A stretch of DNA of 64,000 nucleotides from Candidatus Angelobacter sp. (lineage in GTDB: Bacteria; Acidobacteriota; Terriglobia; Terriglobales; Acidobacteriaceae), in contig DATEHN010000108.1 in assembly GCA_035279585.1 (NCBI GenBank), forward strand, positions 11,554-75,553. Reading direction: 5' to 3'. Under the pieces are notes generated by a model. The model searched no databases. It saw only the letters and a list, made by a program, of their open reading frames with translations, and was not told where the DNA came from. Positions 54,035 through 63,400 of this stretch are shown piece after piece. The translations under genes and the position numbers were made by a program. The number at the start of each line of letters is the position of its first letter. The first letter of the stretch is position 1.

Positions 54035-56488
54035 TTATTCGATTCTGAGTGTGATATTCGGATCTATCTGGACTGCGCGAAACGTGGGTACAGCGCTGGC
54101 AGCCAGCGCCACAAGGCTCAGGAGGACCGAAACTCCGGTAAATGCCAGGGGATCGGTGGCGCCGACTCCAATCAGCAAACTCCTGATCGCATGGCTCACG
54201 AAGAATGCAAGCAGTAAGCCAGTCGACACTCCGGCAGCTACCAGCCTCGAGGTTTGCTTCAAAATCATCAACAAAACGGCGGACCTTTGCGCCCCCAAGG
54301 CCATCCGGATGCCGATTTCCTGTGTGCGCTGGGTCACGCCGTGGGAAACGACGCCGTAGACACCCACTATGGCCAGAATTAGCCCCAGCAGGCCAAATGT
54401 TGCGGCCAAACCTGCTCCCAAACGGAAGATGAAGAATCCGTTCGGTCCATTCATTGCATCCTTCATTTCCCGCACATCAAATACTGGCATGGCGGGCGCC
54501 AGCGACGATATTGCTTTTTGCACCTCCGTCATCACAGGACCCGCCAGGCTGGTGGTACGAACCTGCAAAGTCCGCACTGAGACATAATGTTGGTCGAGCG
54601 GCAGGAAGAAATAAGCTTCTACATCGTCTGTAATGTCTACGTATTGAGCGTCTTTTGTAATCCCGACAACTTCAATCAGCGGCGCTGAGGCGCTGTTCAG
54701 GGAAAACCGCTTGCCGATTGCATCGCCGTTGGGCCAGAGCTGACGTGCCATGGTTTCATTCACGAGGGCGACCGCTGGTTCCGTCAAAGTGTCCGTATGT
54801 GTGAATGTTCTTCCTCGCAGAAGTGAAATCTGCAGGTTCTTGAAGTATTCAGGGTCTACGGTGTTGTAATAGATAGGTGATGGGCGCCCACCCTTCACTG
54901 GCACCTGTCCTTCCGCATAAACGCTGGCTGTCTGATGAATATAGCCGAACGGGACTGACGAACATAAACTTGCCGACTGCACGCCTGGAAGCGCGCGGAC
55001 TCGTGACAGAAGATCTTGATAGAAAGCGTTTCCGCGCGTGTCGTCATAACCGACCTCGCGTGGGTCCATGGTGAAGTTAACCAGGTTCTCAGATTGAAAT
55101 CCCATCTGCATATGCTGAGCTTTGTTGAGGCTCCTTACAAAAAGCCCAGCCACGATCAGCAGAACCAGTGAAATAGCAATTTGTGAAACCACCAGCCCAT
55201 TTCGAAGCACACGCACCCATCCACCGGAAGAAGTTCCCCGCCCGCCTTCGTGCAGTATCTTGGCGAGATTCGCTTTAGGGACGCCTAGCGCGGGTGTGAT
55301 GCCCACTAAAATCCCTGTGAGAAGCGTAACGATAAAGGTGTAGGCAAGGACCCTCCAGTCCATGGTGAAATCCAGGTGGACCGGCAAATCAAGCTGTGCG
55401 CGCAGTGACTGGAGAGTGTCACAAGCAAGGCGGCCAAGGGCAATACCAACAATCCCGCCCAGCACCGCCAGTGGCACACTCTCAGATAGCGATAACCATA
55501 TAGTGGCCGACCGCTGGGCGCCCAGGGCCGTTCGGATGGCAACTTCTCTCTGACGGCCAACCGCGCGAACCAAGAGCATATTCAACACGTTCACGCTTGC
55601 CACAAGCAGAACCAGCCCGGCGAGCGCGAGAAAAAATGTACCCAGAACCGGCAGGACACTAGAGGAACCCGGCCCGATACGCGCCCGCAACTCCGGGAAC
55701 AAACGCACGCTGATGTTGGCGTTCGATTCCGGATACTGCTGCTCCAGACGTCGTGAAACTACATTCAGAGCAGCCTGTGCCTCGGCAACATTCACGTTCG
55801 CTTTCAATCGTCCGAGAACCTTCAGGTTACGAATATCACGCTTGGTCCAGAACGAATTGCTGTCGGTCCCGATTCCCGCAGTGCTGAGCGGCAGATATGC
55901 ATCGGGCTCCAGTGTGAAAGAGGGGCCGTGAAAGCTTTCCGCCGCTACGCCGATGATTGTAAAAATACGGCCATTGACGGTTACGCCCTTTCCAACAATG
56001 CCGGGGTCCCGATTAAAGCGCCGGTTCCAGTAAGAATAGGCAAGCACAATCAGATTGTCTGCCCCGAGCTGCTCCCCTTCTCCTGGCAACAGGAGACGTC
56101 CCGTCGCCGGCTTGATCCCCAGCATTGAGAAAAAATTACCTGTCACGTAATCGATCACCACTCGGTCTGCCCTGCCACCACTGCTGAGCCCCACTAGGCT
56201 TGGTTGATAGGCGGCCATGTCTTTCAAGGCCTCCGATTGCTTTCGCAGATCAAGGAAGTCGGAATAGGAGGTGCTCAAAAAGTCTGAGGTGTCCTTCTTC
56301 TGTTCGACGAGGACGACGATATGGCCGGGATCTTCCACCGGCAATGGACGGAGGAGAACAGAGTTCACCACACTGAACATGGCCGTATTGACCCCGACTC
56401 CCAGGGCAATCGTTATGATGATCAGACCTGAGAACCAGGGGTTCGTCATCAGCATTCGTATCACAGGCCGCAAATTTCGACGTATCAT
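54035..56488 (-). CDS. ADOP-family (MacB/FtsX-like duplicated) permease, second copy
   Basis: ATG 56488 is preceded by AAGAGGA, 23 nt after the upstream stop. The N-terminus reads MIRRNLRPVIRMLMTNPWFSGLIIITIALGVGVNTAMFSV. Two FtsX-type halves and no ATPase gene adjacent. Confidence 0.85.
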   Translation of the reverse strand: MIRRNLRPVIRMLMTNPWFSGLIIITIALGVGVNTAMFSVVNSVLLRPLPVEDPGHIVVLVEQKKDTSDFLSTSYSDFLDLRKQSEALKDMAAYQPSLVGLSSGGRADRVVIDYVTGNFFSMLGIKPATGRLLLPGEGEQLGADNLIVLAYSYWNRRFNRDPGIVGKGVTVNGRIFTIIGVAAESFHGPSFTLEPDAYLPLSTAGIGTDSNSFWTKRDIRNLKVLGRLKANVNVAEAQAALNVVSRRLEQQYPESNANISVRLFPELRARIGPGSSSVLPVLGTFFLALAGLVLLVASVNVLNMLLVRAVGRQREVAIRTALGAQRSATIWLSLSESVPLAVLGGIVGIALGRLACDTLQSLRAQLDLPVHLDFTMDWRVLAYTFIVTLLTGILVGITPALGVPKANLAKILHEGGRGTSSGGWVRVLRNGLVVSQIAISLVLLIVAGLFVRSLNKAQHMQMGFQSENLVNFTMDPREVGYDDTRGNAFYQDLLSRVRALPGVQSASLCSSVPFGYIHQTASVYAEGQVPVKGGRPSPIYYNTVDPEYFKNLQISLLRGRTFTHTDTLTEPAVALVNETMARQLWPNGDAIGKRFSLNSASAPLIEVVGITKDAQYVDITDDVEAYFFLPLDQHYVSVRTLQVRTTSLAGPVMTEVQKAISSLAPAMPVFDVREMKDAMNGPNGFFIFRLGAGLAATFGLLGLILAIVGVYGVVSHGVTQRTQEIGIRMALGAQRSAVLLMILKQTSRLVAAGVSTGLLLAFFVSHAIRSLLIGVGATDPLAFTGVSVLLSLVALAASAVPTFRAVQIDPNITLRIE

Positions 56489-56511
56489 AAATCTGTCCTC
56501 TTGATTCTTTC

Positions 56512-57555
56512 TCAACCGGTAACACTCAAGCTGGCAAAACCTGCCACTTCGGCATAGGTGCGCTGACCCCATTCCATCCATGACCATCCCGGCCCGGCTT
56601 CGAGAGGGCTCTCCACCTGGCGCGGGGCGGTCGGCAGCACCGATAAATTCAAATTGTTCTGAGCGAGATACTCGTCGTTATAGATCGTATCGACATAGCG
56701 GTGGCCGTCGTCCGGGAAAATGCACACCACTTTGGCCTTCTTGTTCTTTCTCGCCCACTCTGAGGCAATTAACCAGGCGGCGCCGCTAGTGCCGCCGCAG
56801 AACAGAGATGTCTGCCGGTGCAGCTCGCGCGTGGCCTTGTAGGCCTCGGCTGCTGTGACCCAGTGGACCTCGTCGAAAATGGTGTGGTCCAGGTTTTCAG
56901 GCAGCAGGCTGTTGCCGAGCCCCCGCAACTGCCTCGGGCCTTCGGGCTGGCCAAACAACACGCTGCCGAACGTATCAACGCCCACTGCTTTCAAATCGGG
57001 GTAAAGCATGCGTAAATAGCTCGTTGTGCCACACATCGACCCTCCTGATCCCACTGTGCCTACCAGGCAATCGATCTGCCCGAGGGATTCCACCAGTTGT
57101 CCTGCAAATTGACCATAGGCTCCTGGATTACAGGGATTGTGGTACTGGCTAACCCACCAGGTATTCTTCTCTTCCGCTCGGATCTTTTCCAGGCAATCGA
57201 GACGAGCCCTCTGATAGCCGCCTGCAGCCGCCGGACCGCTCACAATCTCTACGCGGGCTCCAAGGTCTTCCAACCGCTTTCGTAACGCGCCTTCGCAGGC
57301 GTAATCCGATACGATCACGAGCCGGTATTTCCTGAGATTGCAGATGATCGCCAGCCCCAAAGCCATATTTCCAGATGAGCTTTCAACAATCAGAGACTGG
57401 GATTGGATCCAGCCTTCTTCCTGTGCGCGCCGTATGCAGAACTCTGCGGGAAAGAGTTTCATGAACGGAAAAACTGCAGCATACAGATTGTGCTCAAGTG
57501 GAACAAGCCGTGGCTGATAGCAGCTGAGAATTGCGGATTCTTTTTGATCACTCAT
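56512..57555 (-). CDS. Fold-type II PLP enzyme of the cysteine synthase family, SbnA-like
   Basis: Lys context FMKLFPA, ESSSGNMALGLA, phosphate loop GTVGSGGSMCG, GGTSGAA and C-terminal IFPDDGHRYVDTIY. From memory, the overall layout parallels SbnA-type beta-replacement enzymes. Confidence 0.7.
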   Translation of the reverse strand: MSDQKESAILSCYQPRLVPLEHNLYAAVFPFMKLFPAEFCIRRAQEEGWIQSQSLIVESSSGNMALGLAIICNLRKYRLVIVSDYACEGALRKRLEDLGARVEIVSGPAAAGGYQRARLDCLEKIRAEEKNTWWVSQYHNPCNPGAYGQFAGQLVESLGQIDCLVGTVGSGGSMCGTTSYLRMLYPDLKAVGVDTFGSVLFGQPEGPRQLRGLGNSLLPENLDHTIFDEVHWVTAAEAYKATRELHRQTSLFCGGTSGAAWLIASEWARKNKKAKVVCIFPDDGHRYVDTIYNDEYLAQNNLNLSVLPTAPRQVESPLEAGPGWSWMEWGQRTYAEVAGFASLSVTG

Positions 57556-57590
57556 GGTATCGACCGTTGGGAATAAAAGTGGAAGTTAAG

Positions 57591-58580
57591 TCAGGTCTGG
57601 AATCTGATGATTTCCTTAATATCCAATGTGCCCAGATCATGCCGTATCCGGTTCACCTTGGTTTCAAGCTGGTGATCGTGAGGATTCAACAGAATACTGG
57701 CCACGGTACCGGAGTGGGCTACTGCCACGCCGAGCGCGTTTGCTGCCCGCGCAATGGCGCGGATTTCAGGAAACATAGGCTTGGGCAGGAATTCCTGATT
57801 GATGGCGGCGCTCGCCATCGCCACCTGTCCAATTACGGCAATGTCCTGGTCGCGGAAGCCTCTGCGCAAACCGGCAACCAGTGCATGAAAACACTGGATC
57901 TGACGCCACGTGTATACCGCGGGCGGAAAGTCCAGCGTATTGACAGCGCCATCGACCTCGGTATCGAACCCCAACACCTCGATCTTCGGTAGTTCCGCGC
58001 CGAATTTCTCGAGAACGACGCCTTCCCGGTGGGCGAACAGAACACTCTGTTTAAACATGACGTTGTCACTTGCAATCTCCGCTTCGACAACAATCCTGGC
58101 CAGATCTTCCTCACTGAGCACCTGACCAATTGAGTCCAAGATGGCAAGAGACGCAGCAGCGCAGTCAGCCGTGGAGCTGCCACACCCCTTCGCTTCATCA
58201 ATATTACTTTCAATTGTCAGTCGCCCTCCCAATGTCTCCAGGCCAAAACGGCTAAGCGTAATTTCAGCAACCCTCCTGGCTTTATTCTTGTGGGCGGGCT
58301 CAATCTCCAGGCCGCCTTCATCCGATGGGATAAAGGTTGCTGTTGAATAGAGGACATTGCACCGCAGGCTAAGCAGAAACCGGCGCTTTTGAAAATTCCT
58401 GTCCTCAAGCTGGCCCTGCAGTATCTCGCCATACTGGCCAATACAAACGCCGGCGCCGATGGCCGGAGGAGAATAGGCAGCCCGTTCGATCAGATGCGTC
58501 CTCTCCAGGATCTCAGAGGAAACCATGGTTCCTGCGCCATTCGTCGAGCCAACACTGAAGTATTTCGCGGCCTGGTTCAT
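57591..58580 (-). CDS. GHMP-superfamily kinase (PduX/ThrB-like small-molecule hydroxyl kinase)
   Basis: N-terminal GQYGEILQGQ (compare GELLQG of PduX-type kinases). GHMP motif II-like EAKGCGSSTADCAAASLA. 329 aa. Confidence 0.6.
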   Translation of the reverse strand: MNQAAKYFSVGSTNGAGTMVSSEILERTHLIERAAYSPPAIGAGVCIGQYGEILQGQLEDRNFQKRRFLLSLRCNVLYSTATFIPSDEGGLEIEPAHKNKARRVAEITLSRFGLETLGGRLTIESNIDEAKGCGSSTADCAAASLAILDSIGQVLSEEDLARIVVEAEIASDNVMFKQSVLFAHREGVVLEKFGAELPKIEVLGFDTEVDGAVNTLDFPPAVYTWRQIQCFHALVAGLRRGFRDQDIAVIGQVAMASAAINQEFLPKPMFPEIRAIARAANALGVAVAHSGTVASILLNPHDHQLETKVNRIRHDLGTLDIKEIIRFQT

Positions 58581-58694
58581 AGAGTTTTTCCTAGTTGAAA
58601 ACGGGATTTGGTAATTCTTTGTTCGTGTCTCCGCTGGGATTTTTTGGGGCCGGAAGGACCCTTCGCGTTATGGCGCTGAAATAAGATAGGGGCT

Positions 58695-60347
58695 TTAAAC
58701 AACCATCTCGCTGGCATTGTCTTTCTGAAGCTGCCGATCGTCGACCACCTGTCCAGTGTCGAGCTTGATGATTCGATCGGCAATGTGGTAATAGCGTTCA
58801 TCGTGACTTATTACAAAGACTGTCTTGCCCATGAGCTTCATTTCAGGCACAAGCTGGCAATAAAACACCTCTCGGAATGCCGCATCCTGGTCCGCAGCCC
58901 ATTCATCCAGAATTACGATGGGCCGGTTCTCCAGATAGGAGACCAGCAAAGCAAGCCGCTTGCGCTGCCCTTGGGACAGGTTCAGGGTCGAAAGAACGCC
59001 GTCCTTGATCTGGACTTTTTCGTCGAGTTGCAACTCACGCAAGTGCGCTGAGACCCGGTAATCGAGAGCGGTTTTTTGAATTCCCAGCAGGCTCTCAAAC
59101 AGATAGAAATCCGCAAAGATCGCGGAAAAATATTGCCGAAAGTTGTCCCTGTTCTGATCGTCGATGGCTTGGCCATCCAATAGGATCGTTCCCTGTTCGG
59201 GTTGATACAATCCGCAGAGCACCTTCGCCAGGGTTGTCTTTCCGCTTCCATTGCCGCCGCTAAGAAAGACCACTTCGCCGGCTGTGAAGCTGAGATCAAT
59301 GGGCCCCAGCACAAACCTTCCGGCTCCATCATCTCTCTGGTATGAAAATCCCACATTGACCAGTTCCAGGCTGTTCCACTTTATCGTTGGCTCCAGTTGC
59401 ACAAACGGTTCTTCCTCTGAATTTCTGGCGGCGAGTGTCAGCCCCATTTGCTCAACCACTTTCACAGCCACATTGGCTTTCCCTATGGCTGGAGCCTGGT
59501 TCATGAGATATCCCACCGGCTCCAGCACATACATCACTACGAAGACGAATGTCGTCAGTTCTTTGTCACTGACGTGCGCCAGGTGCGGAGCAGTAAAAAC
59601 CAGCAGACCAATGGTGAAGAATGCCATCAACTCCCCCCAGGCGTTCCCCAGCACATAAGTTTTCATCGCGGACATGGCATGGCGCTGAAAGCGTGCGGCG
59701 CTTTCCTGCACACCCGTGAAGAACGCCTGGCGTCGTCCACGGTTCAATTTCAGCTCTTTGATGCCGCTGACCAACGACCGCACATGGCCCAGGACATTGT
59801 TATGCTCCATTCTGCCTTTGGCCAAGTGGCGCGCAGCGATCATCATCGGGAGTTGATAGGTGATCAGCCCTACCGTGATTGCCCCAGCCACAACCAGAAA
59901 AAGAATGGGTGAAAGCCAAGCCAGAAAGACCAGACAGGTAATCATGGCAGACAGGTTCACACACCATTGGGGAAAATTCGAGACAGCATTCAGAATACTC
60001 ACGGCATCATCGGTAAGAACGCCGATGAGCCGGGGCAATCCGATTTCTTCCAATTGCCGCAAGGGAACTCCCAGAATCTGGCGGCATAATTCCATCCGGC
60101 ACTTGAACAAAGCCTGTTGTCCGATATGTTGCAGGAGAACCGCAGAGGCCGCCCGCGCAGCCAGCGCCACGCCAGTCAAGGCAACGAACATGAGGATGAG
60201 CCTGCCGGCGCTGCTTGTGTCGTGTTTCAACCCTGCGCTAATGACAACCAGCAGTGCCGCGGAAGCGGCGCCGCCTACAACTCCAGCAATAACGGCCAGA
60301 ATCAGCGAGTGCCGTGAGTGTTGTAGCATAAATCTGACAAGTTTCAT
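58695..60347 (-). CDS. Cyclic-peptide-type ABC exporter (fused TMD-NBD, SyrD/PvdE-like)
   Basis: 550 aa with six TM helices. Walker A GGNGSGKTT, signature LSQGQRKRL and Walker B VILDEWAADQD. This architecture is typical of NRPS-linked cyclic peptide transporters. Confidence 0.85.
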   Translation of the reverse strand: MKLVRFMLQHSRHSLILAVIAGVVGGAASAALLVVISAGLKHDTSSAGRLILMFVALTGVALAARAASAVLLQHIGQQALFKCRMELCRQILGVPLRQLEEIGLPRLIGVLTDDAVSILNAVSNFPQWCVNLSAMITCLVFLAWLSPILFLVVAGAITVGLITYQLPMMIAARHLAKGRMEHNNVLGHVRSLVSGIKELKLNRGRRQAFFTGVQESAARFQRHAMSAMKTYVLGNAWGELMAFFTIGLLVFTAPHLAHVSDKELTTFVFVVMYVLEPVGYLMNQAPAIGKANVAVKVVEQMGLTLAARNSEEEPFVQLEPTIKWNSLELVNVGFSYQRDDGAGRFVLGPIDLSFTAGEVVFLSGGNGSGKTTLAKVLCGLYQPEQGTILLDGQAIDDQNRDNFRQYFSAIFADFYLFESLLGIQKTALDYRVSAHLRELQLDEKVQIKDGVLSTLNLSQGQRKRLALLVSYLENRPIVILDEWAADQDAAFREVFYCQLVPEMKLMGKTVFVISHDERYYHIADRIIKLDTGQVVDDRQLQKDNASEMVV

Positions 60348-60492
60348 CTGCCCCCTCCATGGCCAGTCGATTGCTTCTCAACGACCTTGGTGGATACCTT
60401 TATCGGATGGTTTGGTATGTGATTACAGAAGCGCCGCCGGGGACTGTTTCTCGCCGGTTTGTTTCAGGCTGCAGTCTGACAACGCGCGATGA

Positions 60493-63400
60493 TCAAGCTG
60501 TGAAAGATGCAAGTTTTTTCAATGTGCCCGCATACTGCACCAAAGCATCCTGGGCGCGGTCCTTTGATACTAGGGCGGGATCATACCCTACATGCAGGAA
60601 CCCGCCCTGCCGGAGTGCGCCCACAAGCGCGGAGCAAACGATTGGAAACGAGAAACGGTCAAACGCGCGCATGTTTTTCAGTTTTAAGTTTGCCGTTGCC
60701 GGAAGGTCCTTCATGTTCCAGAAATTCAGGTAGCGAAAGACCGAGGTAAAAGCTTCGCGCCCGGCCCGATCCGCCAAAAGTTGCGGCAGCGGGTAGGCTG
60801 CATAGGGCTCAATGTCCAGAATATCCTTCTGCACCACTTCTGCCTGCTCTAGAAGCGGCCGCCGCTGCCGGGAAACAATCGGCACGATGTTCCAGAAAAG
60901 CCCTACGGCAGAAAGCGGGTCCGAAAGATATTCTGAGCGCCCGTTCATAAGAACGCCCGTACACACCTGTTCCTGTCCGAGCCAGGCGCGCAGGCTCTCA
61001 AGCCATGCGGTCAGCATGAGGGCCTGCATGGAAACTGCCCGTTTACGTGCCAATTGCACCAATGCCTGGGTCAGATCTGGTTCGATCGGATGCAAAATGC
61101 CAGGGTCGTCGGGCCCAGAATCGCTTGCATCTGGCTGTAAACGTTCCGGCGCGTCAATTCCAGAAAGGTAGTTCTGCCAGAACTGTGCGGCTTTTGCCGA
61201 GCGTCGCACTAATTCCTGCACTGCCACAAATTCGCGGTAAGTCGTGTCCGGTGCCCCGAAGTCGGGTTTTTGACCTAATTTGATTTTTGTATAAGCCTCC
61301 AGAAGCTGGTTGGTGAAAACCCGGTGACCCCAGCCGTCCATGATTGCGTGATGGAAGGAAAACAAGAGATCAAATTCGACAGCGGACCGCAAGAACGCGG
61401 TAACCCTGAACAACGGCACGCTGCGGTTGCCGATATCAAAAAGCCGTGCCCGGTCGGCCAGTAAGGCAGCAGAAATGTGCTCCTCCTGCTCCTCTGCCTT
61501 GAGCTGCGCGATGTCTTCTGTTGCTATCTTGTAGTTCAGGTTGCGGCGTACCCATTGCATCGGCTCGGCACCGTCAAGATGGAAGACGGTCCGCAATGCT
61601 GCGTGCCGGTCCACAACCACACGAAGAGCGGCCTCCAGAGCTTCCGGAGAAAACTGCGGATCTGACAGATGCATGCACTCCTGGATGTGATATACACCTT
61701 GGCTTCCCTGGTTCTCGGCATATTTCTCCAGCATGAACTTCTGCATGCCTGCCACCGGGTAGGCATCAATGACGTCCTCCGGCAGCCCCGGAATCGTCTC
61801 AGGCGCTGGAAATGCCGGTAAAGAAATTCCCTCTGGAAACAAACTTTGGCGGCGTTTCGCTTGAATTGCCTTGCGCAGCCGCCGGATTGTTTGATTGCGC
61901 AGAATATCGGTGGCCGCGATCCCCAGTCCGTAACGGCGCGTTTCCTGGACTAGTTGGACCACCCGCAAGGAATCGCCTCCGAGCGAGAAGTAATTATCGT
62001 CTACGCTGATTCGCTCAATTCCCAGGACTTCTTGCCACACGGCCAGGAGCTTTTCTTCAATCTCATCCAGCGGCTCCCGCAGTTCTGCCGGTTCGGTGGC
62101 CGGAACAGTTGTGGGCAAGGCTTGACGGTCGATCTTTCCATTGGGCGTCAGTTTGAGTTTGTCAACGCAGAAAAGGTTCCTGGGAATCATGTAGTAAGGC
62201 AGGCTTTTTTCCAGAAACTGTCTCAGCTCTTCTGCGGAGGTCCGGGAATGCCCTGTGACCACCCATGCTGTGAGATAGTTGCTCTGCATCTGGTCTTGCG
62301 TGGTGATCACGGCAGCATTACTCACATTGGGATGCCCGCATAATACCGCCTCAATCTCGCCCGGCTCCACACGATAGCCATTGATTTTTACCTGCACATC
62401 CCGTCGGCCCAGGAACTGCATGGTTCCATCGCTCCGGTACCGCGCTATGTCGCCCGTGCGATACATGCGTGCACCCGGCTTTGCGGAAAACGGATCGGGA
62501 ATGAAAGCGTTCGCCGTCAAGGCGGCGTTCGCAGTGTATCCTCGGCCTACGAATTCGCCGCCGACATACAACGCTCCAGAAGTCCAGACCGGGACTGGCT
62601 GCAGCTCTTCGTCGAGCAAATAGGCCCTTGCGCCGATGAAAGGTTGCCCGATTGGGACCGCGTCTCCCGCAAAGCGTTCTGTCTCAGGCCGTGCGGCGCC
62701 GCAAACCACACCGATTGTCGTTTCAGTGGGCCCATAGTGGTTGAACACTGTGCATTCGGGGGCCAGTCGATGCACCTGTTCCACCACTTTCCATTTCAGT
62801 TGCTCTCCCCCGGCGAGAACGTAGCGCCACCGCAATTTTGCGGATTGCGGAAAGGAGTTGCACAGCGCTTCCAAGTGGGCAGGAACAATCTTGATAAAGT
62901 CGATCGGGTGTTGTTGAAAATATTCCGCCAAAGCATCAACGTCTTTCGCTTTCCAAGCGGGTATGACGTGCAGGCATCCACCTGATGTCAGCGCGCCAAA
63001 TACGGCGGTGTAAGCGAGATCGGCCGCCAGGGTAGACACCACAGCGAAATTACTGGTGCTTCGCAAATCAATGTTGGCGTGCTCAGCGCGTATGTAGGCC
63101 GCAATTTGCCCGTGCTCGATGGCTACCCCCTTGGGGTGGCCGGTTGATCCTGAAGTAAAAATCACATATGCGAGTTGGCGCGAATGCGTGCGGGCATGCC
63201 GCGGGCGTTTAGAGGAAATGGCGCCAGGCCGATGATCTTCCAGATAGAGGACCGGGAGCGCGCCGTGGTTGAACGACGAAGAGAGCCCTTGCTGCGTCAG
63301 CACAGCGACGGCCCCGGCCGCTCTCGTCATGTACTCGATGCGCTCGATCGGCATATCAGGCTCGATCGGCAGCCAGGCCCCGCCCGCTTTCATCACGGCA

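Noticed and set aside
59860-60492. 210-aa plus-strand ORF
   Set aside because: It is antisense to the ABC exporter gene, which has Walker A/B and signature motifs.
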